Assembly: GCA_964016885.1 (NCBI GenBank)
Contig: OZ024740.1
Coordinates: 269,390,001-269,454,000 of the forward strand
Length of the DNA stretch: 64,000 nt
Origin: Eledone cirrhosa
Lineage: Eukaryota
Reading direction: 5' to 3'
Positions 27,303 to 37,095 of the stretch are shown in pieces; positions within the stretch are counted from its first letter, which is position 1; every line of letters starts with the position of its first letter. Under the pieces are notes generated by a model. It saw only the letters and a list, made by a program, of their open reading frames with translations. It made no database searches and was not told the DNA's origin. A program made the translations under genes and the position numbers.

Positions 27303-27456
27303 CATCTCGTTGTACCTGGGAATTGAGTATTTGGATAATGCGAGTGTAACATACTCCAGGAACTGTAGGGAAAACATTTTCAATTGTAATATCAGGGTTC
27401 TTTTCAATTTCCAACTTGATAACAGCTTCAGCTTGCATACGGAAATCCTCTGTGAC
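27303..27456 (-). CDS. FOCAD: Focadhesin coding exon (phase 0 to 1)
   Basis: Acceptor ttttacag and donor gtatgt; 154 nt encoding VTEDFRMQAEAVIKLEIEKNPDITIENVFPTVPGVCYTRIIQILNSQVQRD. In frame with both neighbours; compare the recalled FOCAD motif SVPGSCY. Confidence 0.85.
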
Positions 27457-27489
27457 CTGTAAAATTTATGTATTAATGAATATCAATTT

Positions 27490-27680
27490 CTAATTTATAC
27501 ATAAATCTAACAATTTGAGGGGAACAGAAAGCCATTTACATCAACCCCAGTACATGACTGATACTTAATTTTATCAACCCTGAAAGGATGAAAGGCAAAG
27601 TTGAATTCAGAATGCAAAGAGCTAGAACAAATAGCACATTGGTAATTTATTTGATGCTCTATTAATTCTCTCAGCCCACC
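27490..27680 (-). mobile_element. Degenerate Meta-like tRNA SINE
   Basis: ttttatcaaccctgaaaggatgaaaggcaaagttga core on the reverse strand. Confidence 0.6.
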
Positions 27681-27771
27681 ACTTTTATATTGAATATCAA
27701 AGTTATTATGCTATATTCATACTGAAACAAAATACTGGCACAGTATTTGTGCCTTCACAGATTCATAACAC

Positions 27772-27900
27772 TAGCATCACTCCTTCATAGCCTGGAAAGA
27801 AACAATAATAAGAAAAGTTGAAATTAATGTATGCAAGATTTCACAGCCCTAGCATCACTCCTTCATAGTCAGCCTATGACGATTTCAGCCCAACCTTGTA
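27772..27900. mobile_element. Partial mariner-type MITE (inverted relative to 23869)
   Basis: Reverse complement of the left half of 23869-24066. Confidence 0.65.
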
Positions 27901-30206
27901 TATAGAGCAGTTAAGTTTGCTGAAAAGGTTTGAATATATAACAGAATTGTTATTTCATCCCACTTGGTTCAGAGGTGAAAAGCAAAGTCAAACTAGCTGC
28001 GTAGTTAAGTATTTGATATCTGACCATATGATCATATGTTTCAAACCTTGCTACAGCTAAAATGTTTTGTTCCAAACTATAATAGACTAGGTATGTTACA
28101 TTGGATATGAAGGACATGCAGCTGTAAAACATGTAACAGCAGAATAAAACTTCCAATGAAGCTACATTAAAAAGACTTGCTTGCTCCTACCCACTTTCTA
28201 AACTTCAGAGAATATTTTCTCTCATAAGGTCCGAAGACAGACTAATATATTTGGCTATGCTCAATAGCAATATCATTTTCTATTGAAACTTAGAATACAT
28301 GAATAACTGTAAACTCACAAGCACAACATTACTTTGTAAACCCTTTATATATTTACTATTATATTTTCACAGTAAACACCTTATTTCACATAATTATCTC
28401 ACATCATATTGAATCTATGAGATTTGGATATTATTTATTTTGAGAACAATACCTTAACATAAGTATAAGCAGCTGGTTTTGGCTGGTTTGAACAGAAAGA
28501 GGTGAGAGAATTCTGGCTGGAGATGGCTGGTTTAAAGGGCCAAAGTACTTTCTGCCCATTTGTTTCACTTGTATCATAAATAAATGGTTTCTCTCTCATT
28601 AGCAGCTACCAATGATACCTACTCCAATGATCATGATTCAAACCTTGCTACAACTATTGTGTTTTGTTCTAAGCTATTAGACTATATATGCCACACCTAT
28701 TAGTATGAAGGATAGATATATTTGCATGAAGAAGAGAAAGAAACAAAGGCTAGTGGCCTCATTAGTTGAAAGTGTAGCGCTCTCTAGACAAAGGGAAGTA
28801 GCTGGAGTTACTTCCTGTAGAATTCTAGAGTATTCCTTGAACTTCCGTTCTAGGAATTATAAAGGAGGGAGCAAAGAGCAATCTCTCTTTTTGGCGACAG
28901 GCTCTTGAACTGTTTACACACGAGCAAAAATACACAACAGTTTTTCTATATCTGTTATCTAATTAAATTAGTGGTTGGCATACAGTGGTGTTTACTGAAG
29001 CAAATAACCCTGTGACCAACTCACTAAAAAAGTATTGGAGCTACTATAAGGAAGGAGTAGTAGAAGTTCAGAGAGTTTTCATTTCTGTTGAAAACAAACA
29101 TCTTTGATGAAATATATTACATTTAATAAAAAAAAACATAGAAATGTTGCTTGGCAAGAATGATATTGTAATATCTTAATGCAAATAAACTACTGACCAA
29201 AAAGCAAGGATTCATATTAAAATACATTAAAATACAAAACCAAACATATATCACCTCAAGAATTATAGTCTGATTATACATGGAGAAGAAAAAATAAAAT
29301 GAAAAGGAGGAAAATAAAGAAGGATCAATCAATAAAAGAAAAAGAGAGGGGGAGGGACAGTCATTACACCCCAGACTGTGCGGTGGTTCAGCTACACCCA
29401 CCCCGTGGACAAATGGTAGTTCTTGTGAAGCATAGTAAGAAGTGTGGGGCTGTAAGGCTCTGGAACATACACACTGAATGCAGATCTATTGGAGATGAAA
29501 CAAGGTGAAACAAGCTGGAAGTACAATGTTAGCTAATGTGATGACATGCTGGTCCTAAGTGAAGTGAGAGAGTGGTAAGCCATTAACACATCTGCTGAAG
29601 ACTGCTACAATGATAACTGCTGTGGTTTGATATATGATATAAATTGTAAATAAGAACAAGTTGAAGATTTCTCGAAAGAAGGCGCTGTAAGGAAAAGGTA
29701 GATTAAAAATTTGAGACTGTCAAGGATTAAACCTTAGAATACCTGGTCTAACAGAAGAGATGGCAAAAGATTAAAAACAATTATTGAAATGTTGTACAGT
29801 AGATACAACCAACCCATATCAACATAGGAAAAGAGATATTAAAACTATGATGATGATGAGGATGGAGAGAATGATGATAACAATTTTTTACTAAACAAAA
29901 TGGTTAACTTATGAAACAAGTAATTAGATTGTAGCCATATTAGAATACAACATTCTCATGCATTGCTGATTACATGAAGTCAAGTAAATATTTTATGAAC
30001 CTAGAAAAATGCTGACATGTAAAGTAATTGTGCAATATATTTCAATTTGAAAAGTAAACAGATATGACCAATTGCTGCAAAGTAATTTGTTCACACTACC
30101 AATTTATACCACTCATGTCCATATACAGATACCAAGTAATAAAGATAAATAGAGCATTCTAATTATTTTTTAAAAGCTATATATATATATATTTATATAT
30201 ATATAT

Positions 30207-31058
30207 AGCCGCTAAAGGGTTCTCCCTAAAAATGAAAGGCAGGTTGTATGATGCCTGCATACGAACAGCAATGTTGCATGGCAGTGAGACCTGGGCATTG
30301 TGCGCAAAGGATATACGCAAACTAGAGAGGAACGAAGCTTGCATGCTCCGCTGGATGTGTAATAGTAATATACGTGAATGGCAAAGCATAAACGAATAAA
30401 GGAAAAAATTAGAAATAAGAGGGATCAGATGTTGTTTACTTGAGAGAAGGCTACGTTGGTATGGTCACGTGATGCCCATGAAAGACGACAGCTGTATAAC
30501 AAAGTGCAGGGCAATAAAGATAGACAGTAGCCACGGAGTAGGCAGACCCAGAAAAACCTGGGACGAGCTGATAAATTCAGACCTCACACACTTACACCTC
30601 TCCAAGACAATGTCACTGGACCGAGACCTTTGGCGGTACTCAGTAATAGAGAAGACCTGCCTTACCTAAATACAAAGTAAAACCTACTACAGTCAGTATG
30701 CATCTCTAACAAAATACACCCCCGTCCCACCTCCCCCACCCTATCCACACCGCCCCTTTCAATGTAAAGTTATGTTGGTGCCACAACATCCAGGCCGAAA
30801 CAAATGAGATCGTGTAGGTGTCATGACAAAAAAACACACAGTCCACGCTGTAATGTGGCCGTGTAGGCAACACGGTAAAAACCTCCCAGACCCACACTGT
30901 AAATGTGGTTGGTGTTAGGAAGGGCATCCAGCTGTAGAAAACCCGCCAGACAGTCCTATGCGAGCAATGACAACCACTCTTGCCTCAAGTGGGAAAACTC
31001 CGTCCAAACCCATGCAAGCGTGGAACATGGACGTTAAACGATGATGATGATGATGATG
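30207..31058 (+). mobile_element. RTE family B 3' fragment
   Basis: AAKGFSLKMKGRLYDACIRTAMLHGSETW..., 3' UTR and (GAT)n tail; TA flanks. Confidence 0.9.
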
Positions 31059-31162
31059 ATATATATATATATATATTGGAAAAGTAAATAACAACAACAA
31101 AGAGTACAGTTATGAAATGTGATAGGTATTAGGTTCACGCTTGAGAGTGGGGTGTGGGGGGC

Positions 31163-31194
31163 AATGTTTCGGGCATAAGCCCTTCATCAGGAGA
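31163..31194 (-). ncRNA. Degenerate minimal hammerhead (PLE-type)
   Basis: Minus strand CUGAUGA-A-GGGC-UUAU-GCCC-GAAAC-AUU; core and stem II are intact but stem I is not complementary. Confidence 0.45.
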
Positions 31195-31304
31195 ATGGTG
31201 GGAAGGAGAGGAGTTCTGAGAGGGTGTGAGGGGGATATATATATATATGTGTATATATATATATATATGTGTGTGTGTGTGCGCGTGTGTGAGAGAGGGA
31301 GTCC

Positions 31305-31490
31305 TGGATTCAATCAGAGATAACCACAGTAAGTAAGGTACTCAATACATTAGTAGAGTGTAAACATCAAATTTAATATAGAAATGGCTTCTAAAGGACT
31401 AGAACTGTTTCATTCAACAGAAATCATCTGATTTATTTCAAATGAAACAGTTCTAGTCTTGTAGAAGCCCTTTCTATATTAAATTTTATA
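31305..31490 (-). mobile_element. PLE terminal fragment with fold-back (same family as 35866-36945)
   Basis: Inverted arms gaaacagttctagtc...agaagcc around 31371-31486; shares gtattgagtaccttacttact with about 36895-36915. Confidence 0.6.
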
Positions 31491-31503
31491 TATATATATA
31501 TAT

Positions 31504-31942
31504 ATCATCATCATCACCGTCTTACGTCCATTCTTCCACACTAGCATGGGTTAGATGGGTTGTCCTGTTGTGGGCAGTGTCCGGTCGGCTGACCTTGACT
31601 TGCTCATAAGGGGACTGATTCTGGCTTGATTTCTACAGCTGGATGCCCTTCCTAACACCAACCTCATTTACAGTGAGTGCTGGGTGATTTTTTTCCGTGG
31701 CGCCTACACGTCCACTTTACAGTGTGGGCTGGGTGCTTTTTTGCTGTGGCACCTCCACGACCACTTTGCAGTGGAATGATAGGGACCCTAGTCCTATCAT
31801 CTCATTTCTACAGCTGAGTAAACTGGAGCAATGTGAAATAAAGTGCCTTGCTCAAGGAAACAACACATAACCCGGTCCGAGTATTGAACTCACAACCTTT
31901 CGATTACAAGCCCAATGCTCTAACCACTAAGCCATGCACCTT
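31504..31942 (-). mobile_element. CORE-SINE (tRNA head, CORE, RTE family A 3' tail)
   Basis: Minus strand: tggcttagtggttag A-box, gagttcaatact B-box, CORE-like tccttgagcaaggcacttt...cagtttactcagctgtagaaatg, then the RTE-A 3' UTR and (GAT)n. Confidence 0.85.
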
Positions 31943-32053
31943 CATATACACATATCAAGAGATTGCTACATGAATGGACCTATTATTTTTCTCAAAAAAC
32001 ATTTTCCGATTCCGCCCTGCCCGTCCCTTCAATCTTTCTAGTTTCTCATGCTT

Positions 32054-32089
32054 TCTTCTGATGAAGGACTAGCGTCCGACATGTTAAGA
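32054..32089 (+). ncRNA. Minimal hammerhead with core mutation
   Basis: UCUU-CUGAUGA-A-GGAC-UAGC-GUCC-GACA(for GAAA)-UGUU-AAGA; stems I and II pair. Confidence 0.5.
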
Positions 32090-32535
32090 CCCTTTTCTGC
32101 TACTTCAAGCATTAACCTAATATATTCCTTCCATATACTGTACCGACTGTGTTGTTATTTCTGTTTACTTTTCACATATATATACATATATATATATATA
32201 GACAGTACATAATTACATATATAAAACACAAAATAAATTTAATAAATGACAGAAGTTACTCAGACAATATTTCACTCATTCATAAATTAAGTATATAGAA
32301 TATTTTTTATAAAAGTAACTACTTATTTAGTACCTCATAGAGGTCCCTATCTTTCTCTCTTTCTCTATCTCTCTCACACACACACATGTTCACTCTTACT
32401 ATCACTTTTACATAAAAACTTGTTACTGCTATTGCTCTCACTTTCTCACTCACACGCACACTCATATCATTCTCATTCTATACGATGACGGAAGTTTTAA
32501 AAGGTATTTAATTCTTCTCTTAGTTCTCCTTCTCG

Positions 32536-32568
<33 letters not shown>

Positions 32569-33419
32569 AACCCACACATTTACTTTGCTCAAAGATGTGA
32601 GATTAAAATTCTGTGTTGCTGCCAGCACCATTACTACAGCTCTTTCCTTTCTCTTTCCTGTGCACAGTCTTATCATCCGTGTTCCAGCATTACATACATT
32701 TTTACACAAAAGAAACACCAGGTTTAATACAATAGACAATAATAATACATATCCCTATAAGCACAAACATAAGACAAGAATACTCAGAATATAAAGAAGA
32801 GTTAATTATAACTATGGCAACTGAAGAAGGTTTAATAGTTGTTTACTGCAACTTCTACTTTGCTGTTAATTAAAAGGAACATTTTATTATTAACTAGCAG
32901 AGGTAGTTAAATAGCAGTTATGTATACCATTTATGTAAATACTTCAGTGCTGCTTCGAAAACTATACTTTTACAAAATCATTGGCTTTTCCAAAAGGGGT
33001 TCCTGCCCCCAGGGGTCCCCTACTCAATATGTGCCAATTCTGAGAGTTCACATTCATCTGTAGAACAAACGTAGCCCATGTGTCAAGTTTTGTGAAAATC
33101 GGTTGCGAACTCCAGAAGTTATGACGTTTGTTTTGCCTTGCACTGCAGTGCTTCAGTCGACTACAAGGAAGTGGTTAAAGGGCGTTATCCGCCGGGAGGC
33201 CCTATAATCAATATATGGAAAAATGAAAGTGCCCATGACCATCCAGAGTACATAAGTAACCTATGTCTTAAGTTTGGTGAAAATACTGTAGAAATGCATA
33301 AGATTTACACACACGCGCACACGTGTGTGTGGTGTGTGTGTATGTATTTGTGTGTGCGTATGTATATGTATGTATATGTCCGTTGGCGCATGCGTATGTA
33401 CTGGTCTAAATCTTCACTA

Positions 33420-33555
33420 TTTACTTTTTACTATGTTAAGGCAAAGTTAAAATCCCGTCGAGGTTAACTTTGCCTTTCATCCTTACGGGGTCGATAAAAT
33501 AAAGTACCAGTAATGTACTGGGTAATTGCTAGCCTTGTACCAAAAGTAGAAACAA
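33420..33555 (+). mobile_element. Meta-like SINE, 5'-truncated
   Basis: aaatcccgtcgaggttaactttgcctttcatccttacggggtcgataaaataaagtaccag, nearly identical to about 3980-4085. Confidence 0.8.
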
Positions 33556-33559
33556 CTAT

Positions 33560-33988
33560 TTTAATAACCTGTCATTTTCGTTTACAATTTTATTTACATT
33601 ATTCTTAAACTCCGGGGCTGGAATTCATTCAGTTATTTTAAATAGAATATTAGTCAAACGACTCCATTTACACCATAAACTTGGTCTTGTCTTTGCATGA
33701 AAATGTTCTTCTCGGTCCACCGCGTCGTTTATACGTAACATAAATAGATAAGCAAATGACGCCATAAAAGGGAAATAACTCGTCTCTCATCTCTATTTAT
33801 ACATTTGAACTGAAAAATCAATACATTACAAATTCGATTTTTGCACTTGGCGTGGGTCGATTTGAAAATTTTTTTGACCGATCTCTCCGCCGGAAATTTG
33901 AACGTACGGTTTAGGAGGAGATGTGTGCCGAAGGTTTTAGTAGACAGACATACAGACAGACATACAACCTCTGTTTTATATATATAGA
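33560..33988 (-). mobile_element. Non-autonomous Helitron 5' part
   Basis: Minus strand begins TCtatatatataaaac followed by a (CTGT)-type microsatellite, typical of Lep1-like Helitrons. Left boundary is uncertain. Confidence 0.5.
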
Positions 33989-34884
33989 CTAGCAGAAAAC
34001 CACCCGGTGGGCGGTTTTCTGCTAGCAAATCTAGTGTATATACTGATATTGTTGAGATTTGGATGAGAAATGTTTTCGGCACCACATGTTCACCGTCTCT
34101 CGGTGTGTCTTTTATGCATGTATAAATATATATGTTATCTATACGGTGAAATCTTTGAAATAAATATATGTTAAAACGAAAAAGGAGAAAATAAATAACT
34201 GGCGGTTAGAAAAAAATATTCCTATGAAATTTTAATCATACCATTAGGTGTGAATAAGGAAATATTTTTTTATTGTCAAAACAAATGTTCAAAAGTTAAA
34301 CTTCAATTTTTTGAATTATTTCCAATTTTTTCATGAAATTGAACACTGGACATTGGCTGCTGGAAATGGAAATTAAATCGTATTTAATTGTATTTAAATT
34401 TTTAACCTTATTTTATTATTTATATTTTTTCAATAAGAAATAAAAAAAAACAACAAAAAAAATTGAAGAAAAAAATTGAACAAATCAAACATAGGTTATG
34501 GAAGTGTACAATCTGATTAATAAATTACCTCATCAGCAGCAACCTTCTTCAAATGGTCCTTATTATCAGCAGCAACAACCACAAATTCAATGGCAACCTT
34601 CTTCGCATGGTGTCAAGTCAGAACCGCCTCGAACTGGTTACTTCTGGCTTGTGCAATGTGTCTCTATAGCAACCAGCGATTCCCTCGGCCTCAGTGACCA
34701 AAGTCAGTGGAGAGGGGAAGGTAATGTTTCTATAGCACGTGTGTTAGTGTCTATTCACTCTCTCTCTCTCCCTCCCGCTATCCCCCTCTCGTAGTCTGTC
34801 TCTTTCTTTCACTCTCTCTCTACGCACGTGTTTCCACTGTCGGACAGACAGACAGAGAAATTGCTGGTTATATATATAAGTAGA
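33989..34884 (-). mobile_element. Non-autonomous Helitron, complete
   Basis: Minus strand a|TCtacttatatatat...(ctgt)n...3' hairpin ctagcagaaaaccgccc-a-ccgggtggttttctgCTAG|t; A^T target site. Confidence 0.75.
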
Positions 34885-35084
34885 TGACAAAAAAAAAAAA
34901 TCTTAAAGTTTCCTAACAATGAAACTATGTTTTGAATAACCAGCAACAAGATGTTCACAGTAAAAAAAATGTAACAAATCTTAGTCCTTCAACAGTTAAC
35001 ACCAGTATGAGACCCTTATAATGACAAACATAGAAGTGAGGGTTTGGGGAATTCTTTTTTTTTGTAATGTTTTACTTTACCTTT

Positions 35085-35428
35085 CATCATCATCATCATC
35101 ATCATTTTACGTCCGCTTTTCCCTGCTTCCAAGGGTGGGACGGGAACTGATTCTGGCTTGATTTCTACAGCTGGATGCCCTTCCTAACACCAACCTCATT
35201 TACAGTGAGTGCTGGGGGCTTTTTTGCCGTGGCATCTCCACGACCACTTTGCAGTGGAATGATAGGGACTCCAGTACCTATCATCTCATTTCTACAGCTG
35301 AGTAAACTGGAGCAATGTGAAATAAAGTGTCTTGCTCAAGGAAACAACACATCACCTGGTCTGAGAATTGAACTCACAACCTTTCGATTGCAAGGCCAAT
35401 GCTCTAACCACTAAGCCATGTGCCTCCA
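35085..35428 (-). mobile_element. CORE-SINE with RTE family C terminal tail
   Basis: Same head and CORE as 31504-31942, but ends in cccgtcccacccttggaagcagggaaaagcggacgtaaaa(gat)n. Confidence 0.85.
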
Positions 35429-35580
35429 TGCAGGTGATTATTCAAAACATTTTATTATTTAAAGAAAAAATTGAAAAAAACCTTAATTCTTCAACAGATG
35501 TGATGATTATTATCCTTGTATGGTCAGAGTAGAAAATAAAGAAACATTTATCACATATGTGTGTGTATATGTATATTTAT

Positions 35581-35793
35581 ATTAGAGATAGAAGCTTTTG
35601 CTGTATTCTTTTTACTAAAGAAAGTTTAGCCTGACAGTGGGGTTTAGAACCCTCTAAGAAATGGAAAAAGATGAGTATTGACGTACATGTACGTCAATAC
35701 TCACTTTTGTACATTTCTTAGAGGGTTCTAAACCCCACTATCGGGCTAAAATTTCTTTAGTTAAAAAATACGGCGAAAGCTTCTATCTCTAAT
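35581..35793. repeat. Spacerless ~213-bp imperfect palindrome
   Basis: Arms attagagatagaagc...gagtattgacgtaca | tgtacgtcaatactc...gcttctatctctaat; centre at 35687/35688. Confidence 0.9.
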
Positions 35794-35874
35794 TTCAAAC
35801 TTGGTCGCTGTTCAAGACATACTTATTTGTCATATATATATATATATATATATATAAATGTATATATATAGATG

Positions 35875-35925
35875 AGATTCTACAGGACTAGAACTGTTTC
35901 ATTCTTTAGAAATCATCAGGAATCT
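35875..35925 (-). ncRNA. Type I hammerhead ribozyme (FOCAD-sense strand)
   Basis: Minus strand AGAUUC-CUGAUGA-UUUCUAAAGAAU-GAAAC-AG-UUCUAGUC-CU-GUA^-GAAUCU. Intact core, 6-bp stem I, stem III ACAG/CUGU, weak stem II. Confidence 0.8.
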
Positions 35926-36500
35926 GGGTATCAAAAAATAAAAATGGTATTTATAGGTCTCTACAAGTGGTAGGAGAGGGTGGGGAGTGGGATGGGTGTA
36001 GGTCATTGGTTGATAGAAAAGGGAATTCATTAAAAGCTAATTCTACAAAGCTATAGTTTATTTTTATTTATTTATGTTTTTAGAGTAACAAGGGCAGACA
36101 GAATTCTATAAACAGGTTCCAGATGGCATACCATTCCTTGTCATTAAGTTTCCCTTAAGCTAACAGATGTCTATAAGATCAGTGGGGGGTCAGTCATGGT
36201 CCATAGAATTAAAGAAAAGGGAGATTCTTTAAAAGCTAAAATCATTAAGGTTCTACCAAGTGACAAAGGTTTAGAGAATTCTGTAGACAGATTCAAAATA
36301 CTGAGTGCATATCTTACAATTATCTTCCAACTTCTCTTAAACTAATCAACTATATGCCAAAAATCAACAGACACATTCACAAAAAAACATACTCACTCAC
36401 ACACTCACGCGCAACCATAAACACACATGCACATACACATATACACACATAAAAACACACACACATATATATAAATATATTTATATACATACATATACAT

Positions 36501-36549
<49 letters not shown>

Positions 36550-36811
36550 TATATATATACATACACACACACACACACACAGACACACACACATACAGAC
36601 ACATATATACACATATAAATACACTCACACACATACATACAAACACAAATATACATGTGTATACATATACACACAAATACACATATATATATATACATGT
36701 ATATACAGATATATATATATACTTACACATATATATATATATATATATAAAAAACACATACACACACATATATACATATACACACACATACACATATATT
36801 TTTTGATACCC

Positions 36812-36862
36812 AGATTCCTGATGATTTCTAAAGAATGAAACAGTTCTAGTCCTGTAGAATCT
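36812..36862 (+). ncRNA. Type I hammerhead ribozyme (inverted partner of 35875-35925)
   Basis: Identical motif on the plus strand: CUGAUGA 36818-36824, GAAAC 36837-36841, predicted cleavage after 36856. Confidence 0.8.
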
Positions 36863-36944
36863 CATCTATATTAAAACTTTTATACTCTGCTATGTATTGA
36901 GTACCTTACTTACTCTGGTTACCTCCGATTCAACCCGGAATAAC

Positions 36945-36989
<45 letters not shown>

Positions 36990-37095
36990 GTATAATAGTT
37001 TTCTTGAATAAACTGACTTTTCATATATATATATCATCATCATCGTTTAACGTCTATCTTCCACACTAGCATGGGTTTAGACTATATATATATAT

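Noticed and set aside
28025-28715. ~85-bp diverged direct repeats about 600 bp apart (possible LTRs)
   Set aside because: No TG...CA ends, PBS or PPT; probably an old local duplication.
29440-29600. Possible APE N-terminus (LWNIH...LSEVR)
   Set aside because: Too degenerate to support from the sequence alone.
31860-31942. tRNA-like sequence with A and B boxes
   Set aside because: It is the head of a CORE-SINE, not a tRNA gene.
34498-34794. 98-aa Gln-rich ORF inside the Helitron (possible captured exon)
   Set aside because: No recognisable homology or splice support; short internal repeats explain the composition.
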